A DNA stretch of 63,258 bases, filler included, from Octopus bimaculoides (GCF_001194135.2; 6 parts of 6 records of this genome joined end to end with filler, not necessarily neighbours in it), one strand, 5' to 3'; counted from the first letter of the whole stretch, positions 50,380 through 62,590 are shown. Made by a program: numbers and translations. The notes: generated from the sequence alone by a model not told the origin.

Positions 50380-51145
50380 CTATAACTGTCCATTTAGAAC
50401 GGGTTTGAATTTATCAATAAACTTCTTTTCTCTACCTTTTCTCTCAACTTCCCTTGGGTTGTGTAGTTTGTAGAATGGAAATGTTATAAAGTTTTCCTGA
50501 CGACATGTTGCCAGATGGTTGCTTAAAGGGGCCTGACAGACAACAGGGTCTCTAATTTGCTGCCGGTGCTCACGTGATCGCTCCAACAATTCTTTCCCAA
50601 TCTGACCAACATTTATCTCTTCACAATTCGGGCATTTGATGCAGTAAACTAAATTTCTGCTTTTGCAGTTCATATTTGCATTTGTAAATATCCTTCCAAT
50701 TTTTGTGTTCATGTATTGACCGGTATGAATGATGCGCCATTGTTGCTCGGGTCAAACTTTGCTTTTGTTAATAATTGTTTCAACTCTTCGGCTGTATTTT
50801 ATTTAGAATCATAGCCCAATCCGTGATTATATCCTTTAATTCATTACTTTGAGCAATAATCGGCAAGTTTGCTTTGGCAATACTAAAGATATTTTGGTGC
50901 TACGGATTGTGTGTCACTATAAATGATATGACCTGTTCTTGTTTTCCTCCTTTTTGAGGTTACCCTAAGTTGTTGCATGGGTATTTCTATAGCACGCTGT
51001 AAACCATTCTCTATAAGTAGAGATGGGTATTTTTGTTTGAGTAGAAATTCTTTGAATTCTGTTAGGCGTTTGTCTCTGTAGTTCACATCTTGGGTGTGAA
51101 TACATTTGTATGTGTTGAATGGCATCCAACATATACAAAACACAA
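50380..51145 (-). mobile_element. Penelope-like element (Poseidon-type) RT C-terminal linker plus GIY-YIG endonuclease, degenerate
   Basis: RL.EFKEFLLKQKYP..LIENGL.RA and CKSRNLVYCIKCPNC.E..VGQ.G..L.ER.REH...E.KFIDKFKPVLN. Confidence 0.88.
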
Positions 51146-51535
51146 TATCACTACCGCCTATTCACCGCTTCAACCCACCAACATCATCCTTTCTCCCACG
51201 TATTCCTACAACTGTCGAACTTGTAGTTAATGAACGACATAAGCCACATTGGTCTTACTCCAAAGGTCTGTAAGGCCCATAGTCATTGCGAAAAGGAAGC
51301 AATATAAAATAAATTTAAAATTCTTCTTTAAGTGAAAATCGAACTCATGTCTAGAATTTCTAAATCGGACCATATTGCCTCCTCCTCTAAATTGATATAT
51401 GATATGTAGATATTATTTTCTTTTCTCTCTTTCAGATTCTAAGTTCTCTAGAAGTTCACAATGGTAAAATAGAATGGAATTGTTCAGCAATTCATTCCTG
51501 GAAATCTTTTGTCTTGTAAGCCATACATCACAACA

Positions 51536-51569
<34 letters not shown>

Positions 51570-51706
51570 NNNNNNNNNNNNNNNNNNNNNNNNNNNNNNN
51601 NNNNNNNNNNNNNNNNNNNNNNNNNNNNNNNNNNNNNNNNNNNNNNNNNNNNNNNNNNNNNNNNNNNNNNNNNNNNNNNNNNNNNNNNNNNNNNNNNNNN
51701 NNNNNN

Positions 51707-51749
<43 letters not shown>

Positions 51750-52058
51750 TATACATATACACACACACGTATATATATGTACGTGCATATGTATATACAT
51801 ACACGTATACATATATATATATTTATATATATATACATATATATATATACACACACATTTATGTATATGTGTACAGAGGCATATATATATGCATGTATAA
51901 ATATATATGCATATATGTGCGTATGTGAGTGTGTATGTATATCTATCTATCTATTTATCTCTCTTCCTCTCTCCCTTTCTTTCGATATATATACATACAT
52001 ATACATACAAACATATATACACATATATATATACATACATATATATATATATATACAT

Positions 52059-52125
<67 letters not shown>

Positions 52126-52653
52126 TACTGTCGTCAGTGCTTCAGGTGATTACTTTAGTCCATTCAGCGTCGAGAATCAATTTAGAATACATTGGAATCC
52201 ATATCGATTCATGATGCAATGGTAAGGTGGGGTGGAGAAGTAACAAAAACAAAATGAAGAAATAAAATTAGTTGACGAGAAAAGAATTTTAGGGGAGATT
52301 TTGGCTTTGTTTGTTTGTTTGTTTTACTTTAAAATGGTTTTTCGTGTATTTTTGTGTTTAGAAAATTCTTTTTTACGTTTTATTTTTTCTTGCTGTAAGA
52401 AAACGTCAAGAAATGTTAGAGAAGAAAATGGAGTTTTTACAAACTTTTGGTATTGCTGAAGTTGAGGTTTTGTTAGTCGTTATTTAATCATAACATGAAC
52501 GACAACAACAACAACAACAACAATAGCAATTATAAATAATTGTGATATTAATGAGTATATATTACCATGTTTAGAATCTACTATAGAACTGTAAAGAATC
52601 TTCATCTCACGAGGCTATAGCGTTCACATTATTGGAGTATAATAATAATGATG

Positions 52654-52711
<58 letters not shown>

Positions 52712-52712
<1 letters not shown>

Positions 52713-52900
52713 CCTTTCTACTATAGGCACAAAGTCTAAAATTTGGGGGTGGGGGGAACTAGTCGATTACATCGATCTCAGTGTTTCACTGGTACTTAAC
52801 TTATCGACCCCGAGAGGATGAAAGGTAAAGTCGAACTCAGAACGTAGCGGCAGACGAAATACCGCTAAGCATTTCACTCTGCTTGCTAACGATTCTGCCA
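52712..52900 (-). mobile_element. Family B SINE (tail type 2) with (ATT)n tail
   Basis: Family signature; the (AAT)n run at about 52640-52711 is its tail. Confidence 0.8.
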
Positions 52901-52963
52901 GCTTATGATAATAATGATGCTAATGATGATGGTGATAATGATGATTATATTATTATCATTCTT

Positions 52964-53023
<60 letters not shown>

Positions 53024-53299
53024 NNNNNNNNNNTGTTGTTGTTGTTGTTGTTGTTGTTATTAATATTATGAAGAGGACGAGCTTGCATAATCGTAAGCGC
53101 ATCGGACAGTATACTTTGTTACATTTCTTCCAGCTCTTTAAGCTTTGAGCTCATATCTAGTCGAAGTCAGCATTGCCTTTTATCCTATTGTCAAGTACTA
53201 GGGTCAATGTAATCGACTTTCTCCTTCCTCTCAAAATTAATGGTCATATGCTTAAACTTGAAACAATTATTATTGTTAGGACTCATATACAGGGACGCA

Positions 53300-54290
53300 G
53301 CTACGAGAAGTTGAACGCATCTTTCCCAACGCGAAAAGCCTACAAAAAAAAACGGATTAGTAACTGAGTCAAGTTGTACTTGACAGGGGAAATAATCAAC
53401 AATAGCTGGTTGGGAGCCTTGGACAGAGCAATTAAATATGTCTGTGGTGTTTAGTAAAGAGCTAATGCTATTGAGAAATAGATTAGAAGGCGAACTAGTT
53501 AAACTAAAAAAATAGGCAATTAGAAATGGCGTCGCAACCAACGCACTCGCAGTAAGAATGGCCATGACTGTTTCTTCATTGAGGAAAAGAAAATGCTCCG
53601 TTGTCAGAGCGAGACCTCGTGCGCTAAAACTAAAAGGAATACAAGCCGTTCGATAGGCACGTATGCCGGATGCTTGACGTGACACGAAAGCCACAATTCA
53701 AACCTTGATGGTTTCAAGCAAATGTGCGCTACGTTCCAGCAGCACTGTGCTCAACTGTTAAGAGTGAACGATAGACCTGGAGGTGGTTATGACGTTTAGT
53801 GCCTACCTCGATGGCCTACCGTGGCTCTTGCGGAAAAGACAAGGCACTGCGAAAGGCCAATAACAGCAACTGTAATAGAGAAGGTATTAAGGGGCAACCA
53901 CTTAATATTTTTATGGTCATATGCCAGATCTATTTGGTGACCTCTTGGCGAACGTTTATCACCACCGGCAACAAAACGGAAAAATATCCAGTCTTGTGAG
54001 CCGAGGCGTACTAACGGTATTGAGAAAGGACACCAACAAAGGGATTTTATAAGATAACTTCCAGCTCCTACATACAGAGTTTAAAATTTTGGCCAAGTTA
54101 TTGGCGAAGAGGTTTAGTCAGAAAAGCATAATTGTGTGCAAAACCCAGTTGATCCATATACAACACCCTCCACTTCAATCTATGGACAGTGATAAATTTG
54201 GAAAAGTCGAGAGCCCTCGATAGGGTCACCACCGCTACTTCGCTGCAGTCTTAGAAGCAGCCAGTTTGCGGCCCGTTTTCTGTAGTCAAA
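53300..54290 (+). mobile_element. Highly degenerate Tx1/L1-clade ORF2 fragment
   Basis: PDLFGDLLANVY, RGVLTVLRKDTNKGD..., EFKILAKLLAKR; homologous to 57765-59340. Confidence 0.7.
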
Positions 54291-54855
54291 GCTGAGATTT
54301 AAAGAAGGGAGGTAGACAAACAGACAGACAGACGGGCAGGCAGATATATATACATGTGCGTACATTTATATATATATTTACATATGTTTATATACACTTA
54401 TGTACATATATGTGTGTGTGTGTGTACATAACAATAAGTATATACATATATGTTTGTATATCTATACGTATGTATGTATAAATATGTGTGGATGTTTGAA
54501 ATTGAAAACAAAAACACTAAAACTATATTGCAATGTTTTCGTGCAAATATGCGTGTGTCTTTCTCTGTGTGTGTGCGTGTGTATGTGTCTGTGTGTGCGT
54601 GTGTGTGCGTGTGTGTTTGTGTGTGTGTGTTTGTGTGTGCTTGTGTGTGTTATTTAATCTTTGTATCTGTTTTAAATTAGTTGTGCTGGAAGGTTATTTA
54701 TTATACAACAATAACAAAGCAAAAAATTTTCAAAATAAACCAGTGAAAAGTACAAAAAAAAGACAGGAAGGAAACAAAAAAAACTATAAAGAAGAAAAAT
54801 ATATTTTTAAAAATTTTTGTTGCAATAAATTCTCAAGTTTTAAACGTTCACTTTT

Positions 54856-55085
54856 GATTGATGGTGATTAACGTTTAGATTGATGATGATTAACGTTTAG
54901 TTTGGATTCATGGTAATTAACATTTAGATCGGTTGCTGGTGGTAAATAGTCGGTTTAGATTGATGGCGATTGACGTTCGGTTTGGATTCATAGTCATTAA
55001 CGTTCCGATTGGATTGATGGTGGTATAACGGTCTGTGTGGATTGGTTGTGATTGATGATGTTCAGTTCGGATTGATGGTGATTAA
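54856..55085. repeat. Degenerate 22-27-bp minisatellite (GATTGATGGTGATTAACGTT...)
   Basis: About 9 recognisable units. Confidence 0.75.
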
Positions 55086-55148
55086 CTTCTTCAATGTCTA
55101 TATTTCTAGCTTTCTGTCTTTTACCAGAAATTTCAGTAGAATCACTTT

Positions 55149-55149
55149 A

Positions 55150-55180
<31 letters not shown>

Positions 55181-55311
55181 TTAATGATTATTATTATTAT
55201 TATTATCATCATCATTATTATTATTATTATTATTAGTAGTAGTAGTAGTAGTAGGAGGAGGAGGAGGAGGAGGAGAAGTAGCAGTAACAGTAGCAGCAGC
55301 AGCAGCAGTAA

Positions 55312-55358
<47 letters not shown>
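55149..55358. repeat. Compound (AAT)/(ATT)/(AGT)/(AGG)/(AGC) trinucleotide array
   Basis: Direct inspection. Confidence 0.95.
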
Positions 55359-55458
55359 NNNNNNNNNNNNNNNNNNNNNNNNNNNNNNNNNNNNNNNNNN
55401 NNTTAATTAATTAANNNNNNNNNNNNNNNNNNNNNNNNNNNNNNNNNNNNNNNNNNNN
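55359..55458. other. Artificial scaffold linker N44-TTAATTAATTAA-N44
   Basis: Same construct. Confidence 0.95.
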
Positions 55459-55503
<45 letters not shown>

Positions 55504-55785
55504 ATTTCTCTCTCTTACTCTCTCTCTATCTATCTATCTCTCTCTTTCTTTCTCTCTATCTATCTCTCTCTTTCTTTCTCTCTCTCTCTTTCTTTCTCTC
55601 TCTCTCTTTTTTCTCTCTTTGTCTCTCTCTCTCTTACTCTCTCTCTCTCTATCTATCTATCTATCTCTTTCTTTCTCTCTCTCTGTCTCTCTCTATTTCT
55701 GTCTCTCTCTATTTATCTCTCTTACTCTCTCTCTCTCTCTATCTCTCTCTCTTTCTTTCTCTCTCTCTCTCTTTTTCTCTCTCTG

Positions 55786-55816
<31 letters not shown>

Positions 55817-55826
55817 TTCTCTCTTT

Positions 55827-55888
<62 letters not shown>
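55459..55888. repeat. ~430-bp (CT)n-rich polypyrimidine tract
   Basis: Direct inspection. Confidence 0.97.
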
Positions 55889-56561
55889 GATATACACTGT
55901 GTTTTTAACACAGCATACCCATACGCTATTTTATCTCAGAACAAATAGTCAGGTGTAGCTGGCCTATCGATACTGAGTATACATTAGGTACGATACATTG
56001 AATTAAATTCTGCCTCAGCAGTGTATGCTGTAGAAAAGTGTGTCCTTATTAGCCAGCAAATACGCAATTTGTAATATACTGAATAACGGAGTGTTGATTT
56101 AATTGACTGACCCAGAATTTAGATTTGTGCATTGCCAAACACAAAAATACAATCAATAACTAGAAAACAAAGCTGAGCAAATAGAGATTACATTAAATCG
56201 GTGTAAGTAAAACAGAATTTAACGTCTGTAGACTAGCTTACGTTACAGGGATCTGACAGGTGTGGATCAAAACACTTAAAAGTATTGAGAAATCTAATAC
56301 ATGAGATTTCTCGTGTATTGTTTTATTTACCTGCCTAGCTAATCGACGCATGTTGAAGGATACTGCTTACCAATCAGATGTATCGTTTTCCAAAAAAAAA
56401 AAATTTTTAACACACGCATTGTCTATTTACCAACCTACTGAATACCACCTGTGTTAGGTCAAGATTAGATCGTTTATCTGAACACCTGTTAATGAATGCT
56501 CAAATTTCTGTAGGAAATAATAGACTTAATGGAAAGAACATTATACACACACACACATGAA

Positions 56562-57760
56562 TTAGGTTGTCCGGAAAGTTCTGAGCGTTTTTTAATTTGC
56601 AAAAGGAGATGTAAATAATTGACCTTTCAATAAATTTTATTCAATGAAACAATTTCCATTATAATTAATAATCTTTGTTCATCTATCAGACAATTTGAAT
56701 AATTCTATCAGCATAAAATTTGACAGCATAAAAGTTATCTAGGTGCATTTTGATTCCATCTAAATCGTTAAATGTTTTTCCTTGCAATGAATTCTGTAGA
56801 GACAAAAACAAGTGATAGTCGAATGGCGCAATATCAGGAGAAGATTGTGGATAGGGTAAGAGATTTCAGCCAAGTCTATGTAACTTTGTTCGGGTAGCCA
56901 AAGACACATGTGGTTAGGCATTGTCTTGTTGGAACACTACCCCTTTTCTGTTGACAATCTCCGGTCTCAATTCTTTGATCTTTTTGGTTCAAATTAGCCA
57001 GCTAACGACAGTACACGTCAGAGTTAATGGTCTGGTTTTGTGGGAGAAGCCCATAATAAATAATGCTTTTATGATCCCACCAAACATAAAGCATAGCTTT
57101 TTTGGCATGGATATTCCTCTTTGGTTGCTGTGTCGGGAGACCCTTGCGCAAACTCCATGACCTTTTACACACTACGTTTTCGTACACAATCCATTTTTCA
57201 TTTCCAGTCACAAGTTGTTTCAAAAAAGGCATGCTTTCATTCCGTTTCAAAAGCATATCACAAACAGAATACTGGTCCAAGCAATTCTTTTCTGGGAGTT
57301 TGTGAGGAGCCCATATATTATAGCGAGAAATGTATTCTAGGTTCACTGGGTGTTCATGAGTCATCCTTTTAGAAACTTCCAGCTCCTCTGCAAGATCGCT
57401 AATCGTGATATTTGAGTTTTCTTCGACTTTTGCCTTAAAAAAAATTTCCATCTAATTATGAAGGTCTTCTACTGCGACTGTCATCTTCCATGCTAAACTC
57501 TCCAGCTTTAAATTTTGCAAACCACCTTTGAACAGTTGATTCTCCTTCAGCATCATTGCCATAAACTTCACAAGTGTTTTTGCAAGTTTTGCAACATTTT
57601 CTCTTTTTAAAAAAAAAAAAAAAAGAAAAGCATTACAACGCTAATATGAAATTTTTGGTTATCCATTTTAAATGTCAATGAAGGATAACTGGAATGAAAG
57701 ACATATCTATTTTTAATCAGGAACAAAGAAGAGATGCACTACCACTTTAGGCAACGCTAG
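56562..57760 (-). mobile_element. Near full-length degenerate mariner (DD34D) transposon
   Basis: ATG at 57666; TVQRWFAKFK, WAPHKL (WVPHEL motif), VTGNEKW (first catalytic D changed to N), SSPDIAPFDYHLF; TIR TTAGGTTGTCCGGAAAG at 56562; multiple frameshifts. Confidence 0.9.
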
Positions 57761-57764
57761 TCCT

Positions 57765-59340
57765 CTATAAAAAGCTAAAGAGGACGTTCCAGCTATCCGA
57801 TTGGCTGTTCCACTGTCCGATTGGCTGAGGGCTGTGAGCGCTTGAAGACATTCTACTTTCCAAATGCTCCCCCTCGGTTTTCTGTTTTACCCAGGAGTGC
57901 AACTCTGTTAAAGAAACTAGTTGCGGAAATACATGTGTGGCGAACGGCGACCATACCTTTTTACCGTCAAGGAAGCACTGGAGATGTCGTAACCTCAGCG
58001 CATGCCTGCGTATCATTAACCACGGCATGCCCAAGCCACCACTCAGCGGATGTTGACAGTAGATAGACCGCCTGACCATCGGGACGCGTCCATTCCACAA
58101 GAAGCGGAATAGTATACACTCCAGCGTAATCAGACGGTGGCCAGGACAAGGCACGACGGTCAAGCGATATAGGTGACGGACGCGATATACGCCCGACTTT
58201 TCAGGGATAGTTTTCTCTCGGACCAGTTGTGGATGAGAGTATTCACCCTGCTCGTTACCTCGTCCCAGTTTTTGTCCATCTGGAGGTCTGGACCGAACCA
58301 CCCCGAGCAATTTAACTGGTTCATCCGGACCGAACCAGACCCCGAGCAATTTAACCGGTTCGTCCGTCCAGCGCCCAACGACGCAGTTGAACGGCATGGG
58401 CTTGTTTCTGCAGGTGCCGAGCCGCAAGCTCTGGTTAATAGTCGCTCTTGAAACGGCCTTGTAGTCCTTGAGAGCAGTACCGATCATTTCTATGTGTTTA
58501 CGATCCGACACCACTGCGGTGACGTCGCCGGCATATGCCGACAAGCATCTTCCACATCTTAGGTCACGCAGGAAACCTCTCAGCGCCTCCAGTTTGTGTA
58601 GTAGTGGTTCGAGAGACTCTACGTACAAGAGAGACGAGAGGGGACAACCTTGCCGGACCGAGCACATGATGCTGAACGGCTCTGAGAGGTGACCGTTCAC
58701 TCTGACCACCTAACAGATGTCACTGTGCATTGCAGCGATCCAGCCCCTGACTACAAGCCTGAAACCAATTGCCTTGAGGACCGCCGCTAGGTATAGATGG
58801 TCGACCCTATCGAAAGTTTTAGAATGATCTAAATTGATCAGGTTCTTTAGCCGCTTTCTCAATGATGTATCGCATGAGGTGGAGTTTGTTGCGAATGGAT
58901 CTTTTGGGGATGGCACATGTTTGTGCCTCTCCTACCAAATCACCGACGACAAACGCCAACCTTGTAGCTAAAGCCTTGACCAAACTTTTGAACTTTGCAT
59001 TCAGCAGAGTTATGGGCCAAAAGTTGTCAATGCAATCCTCCTTGTTCGGGTCTTTTCTCGCCAACGCCACCACTCCTCGGTTCACAAAACTGGGGGAATT
59101 CTCTCATTTTGTTGCCAGTTGCAGTAAACGTTTGCCAAGAGGTCGCCGAACAAGTCTGGCAAGTAAGCGTAAAGCTCGTAGGGCAGACCATCCGAAACAG
59201 GCGATTTACCATCCTTACCCCGTGCAGCTAACCATTGCTTCCCGTATTTCAAAGGCTGTTATCGGCCTTTCGCAGCACTCCACCCCGTCACCGTGAGCCG
59301 CGTCGAAGTAGGACGTGAAATCCATCCGGCGACACGGCTG
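57765..59340 (-). mobile_element. Tx1/L1-clade LINE reverse transcriptase region, degenerate
   Basis: NFWPITLLN, LD.SKTFDRVDH, SVRQGCPLS, AYAGDV (YADD), KLLGVWF, GGLGMP. Confidence 0.92.
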
Positions 59341-59631
59341 ACCGCTGTTCAGTAAGATATATTTAGAAGCTCTCATTATATATAAACCCATTCATTCTTT
59401 TAGAAGCGCCACGTCTGATTGAACTGCACCCAATTTTCTCAATTTGTTTACTTGTCTGCTATATTTAGCTTTTTTGAAGAGCAATTAACTAAAAATAAAC
59501 TGTAGAACAATTGTTTCATTTATTTCAAATCATCATCATCATCATCACTATTATTGTTGTCGTTGTTGTTGTTGTTGTTTTCATTATTATTATTATTATT
59601 GTTGTTGTTGTTGTTGTTGTTATTATTATTA

Positions 59632-59842
59632 GGGCGGCGAGCTGGCAGAATCGTTAACACGTTGGACTAAATGCTTAGCGTTATTTCGCCCGTTACTACG
59701 TTCAAATTCCGCCGAGGTTGACTTTGCCTTTCATCCTTTCGAGGTCGATAAATTAAGTACCAGTGATACATTGGGGTCAATTCCATCGACTCGTCTCCTC
59801 CCCGAAAATTTCAGACTTTGCGCCTATTATAAAAAGGATTAT
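59632..59842 (+). mobile_element. Family B SINE (tail type 2)
   Basis: GGCGGCGAGCTGGCAGAATCG head, central domain, tail followed by (ATT)n. Confidence 0.85.
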
Positions 59843-60152
59843 CGTTATTATTATTATTATTTTATGTTTGACTTTTGTTTTGCATTTGTACAAGTTGGAT
59901 CCAAGTCTCACCCAGAGACCTCAAGAGACAACAAGTTAGAAGTTCATGTAGGTGTTATGCCTAGGGTACCATATATTTGGATTTGTACAGTTTTGTTCAA
60001 GTGAATGTTTAAGAGACCATAAGAAAATTATGTGTTTGCTTTAAAATTTGAGATCACATAGACAGTATTTTACGTAGGATATGGGCAGTTCCCATGAGCA
60101 CTATCTTTTGAACTTCAGCCATTTTGGGGTTTCCTGGTATCTGAGCTAGGTA

Positions 60153-60252
60153 NNNNNNNNNNNNNNNNNNNNNNNNNNNNNNNNNNNNNNNNNNNNTTAA
60201 TTAATTAANNNNNNNNNNNNNNNNNNNNNNNNNNNNNNNNNNNNNNNNNNNN
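60153..60252. other. Artificial scaffold linker N44-TTAATTAATTAA-N44
   Basis: Same construct. Confidence 0.95.
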
Positions 60253-60253
60253 A

Positions 60254-60584
60254 GAAGTACTGTCTGGAAAGTAATGACAGCCTTTGAGAAAGAGGGAAAA
60301 ACTTCCTCATTGAAATAAAATTCTGGAAGAAAACCAAAACTTTCAGATAGGGACCGTTGGACTCTTACACAAATTGTTAGAAAGGATCACAAAAGTACAG
60401 CTCCCAAAATTACTGCAGAGCTTAATGACCAGTCCGAGAACCCAGTTTCCACAAAAACTGTTTGCCAGGAGCTGCACAAAGCTGCACAAAGCTGCACAAA
60501 GCTGCACAAAGCTGCACAAAGCCGGATATTAAAATAAATTTGTTTGAAATTTTAAGGTGTTTCCATTATTTTGTCCAACCCCTG
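60254..60584 (+). mobile_element. Internally deleted Tc1 (DD34E-type) element: HTH remnant, 10-bp repeats, 3' TIR
   Basis: SGRKPKLSDRDR..LTQIVRKDHKSTAPKITAELN...VSTKTV..ELHKA; ends GTCCAACCCCTG. Confidence 0.8.
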
Positions 60585-61267
60585 TGTATATATACAAATA
60601 CAAATATTTATATATGTATTATATATACTAGCAAATCTATCCATCTACGATGGAGGCATAAAATGAGGGATGGAAGTCATAACAGCAGTATGTATTGAGA
60701 AATGTGTAAATGGACTTGATAGATTATTGGGCGATGTCTTAGAGAAGTCACATTATTTTTGGTGATTCAGCATTCTATTGCAGCTATATGATATGTGTTT
60801 GCGACTGATATGTGAGGATGATTCACTCCTGAACTGAAATAGGCTCCCAGCCTTTGTATCATGAATGGTTATGTGGACCACTCCTAATGAAAGCCAAACC
60901 TTCCTTTGACCACTACATTGAAAGTATTAAGAAAATAATGTTATTTAGATATACTTTTATTTTAGTTGTTTACACTATTTTACACTTGTTTATACTCTTA
61001 TACATTCAAAGTTCACAAATTTCCTTATTTCAGTTATGTATCATATTCCTTTTGATAATATCAATATGATTGCAAAAATTCTTTGTATGGCCATGTGTAA
61101 ACATTGGATTGGGTAAAAATACACCTACACAATCTAAAGTTTGGCCCTGTGCCTTGTTTGCTGTGAATGCACCAGCAGAATCTTTAGGGTTGCAAAAAAA
61201 TCAAACTAAGACTTACCTCTCACTGTTCTATGTGAATAATGTCTGGATGTTCTGGTGCTATAGGTTA

Positions 61268-62590
61268 TTTTGATTGACAAAATCCCTTCAGATAGATGGC
61301 CCTGCTCAATCTGTAGAAAAGGCGTAGGTAGAAACTCTATAAGATGTATCCGGTGTAAGCTATGGACACATAAGAGGTGCAGCAATATCAAAGGAAGGTT
61401 AACTGAAAAGATAGTTTTTGTGTATGGCAGATGCACAGGGGCAATAAACACTAAAGATGTGCAGAAAACAGCTTTCATCACATGCCAGTGGGAAAAAACT
61501 AGAAGTAGTTGATAGCTTCTGTTACCTAGGTAACTAAGTCAGTAGCAGAGGTGGATGCTCTGAGAATGTAGCTGGGCAAAGTTCAGAGAGCTCCTACCTC
61601 TACTGGTAAAAAAGGGCCTCTCACTCAGAGTGAAAGGTAGACTGTATGACACATGTGTGCGAACAGCCATGCTACATGGTAGTGAAACATGGGCTGTAAC
61701 TGCTGAGGACATGCATAGGCTTGAAAGAAAGGAAGCGAGTATGCTCTACTGAATGTGTAATGTCAGTATGCATACACGACAGAGTGTAAGCGCCCTGAGA
61801 GAAAAGTTGGACATAAGAAGCATCAAATGTGATATGCAAGAGAGACGACTGCACTGGTATGGTCATGTGTTGCATATGGATGAGGACAACTGTGTGAAGA
61901 AGTGTCACACCCTAACAGTAGAGAAAACTTGTGGAAGAGGTAGACCCAGGAAGACTTGGGACAAGGTGGTGAAGCATGACTTTCAAACGTTGAGCCTCAC
62001 AGAAGCAATGACAAGCAACTGAAACCTTTGGACAAAAGCTGTGCTTGAGAAGACCCGGCAAGCCAACTGAGATTGTAGCTGTGGCCTGCGCCAGTGTCAC
62101 ATAACTGGCCCATTTAAGAGTATCCTTCAATTGTTAGGCAATAGGCTGTGCTTCAGAAGACTTGTTAAATCAAGTGAAATCGTTTTTGTGACCGATTCCA
62201 GTACCGCTTGACTGGCACCCGTACTGGTGGTATGTAAAGAGCACCATTTGAGCGTAGTTGATGCCAGTGCTGGTGGCACGTAAAAAGCACCATACAAATG
62301 TGGTCGATGCCGGTATCATCTGACTGGTTCCTGTGCCAGTGGCATGTAAAAAGCACCATTCAAGCATGGTCAATGCCAATACTGCCTGACTGGCTCCCAT
62401 ACCAGTGGCACATAAAAAGCACCCATTATACTCTCAGAGTGGTTGGCGTTAGAAAGGGCATCCAGCTGTAGAAACCTTGCCAGATCAGATTGGAGCCCGC
62501 TGCAGACATCTGGCTCACCAGTCCTCAGTCAAACCGTCCAATTCATGCCAGCATGGAAAGTGAACGTTAAACGATTATGATGACGATAAT
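61268..62590 (+). mobile_element. 5'-truncated RTE-clade LINE: PHD-like Cys/His module, RT C-terminal half, repeat-rich 3'UTR, (GAT)n tail
   Basis: WPCSICRKGVGRNSIRCIRCKLWTHKRCS, F.YLG, W.KFRELLP, LHGSETW, RRL.WYGHV, GRGRPRKTW. Confidence 0.92.

Noticed and set aside
57764-57827. Two CCAAT boxes 20 bp apart plus a TATA-like motif
   Set aside because: They lie within the Tx1-like ORF2 remnant, and TATA/CCAAT order does not fit either strand cleanly.
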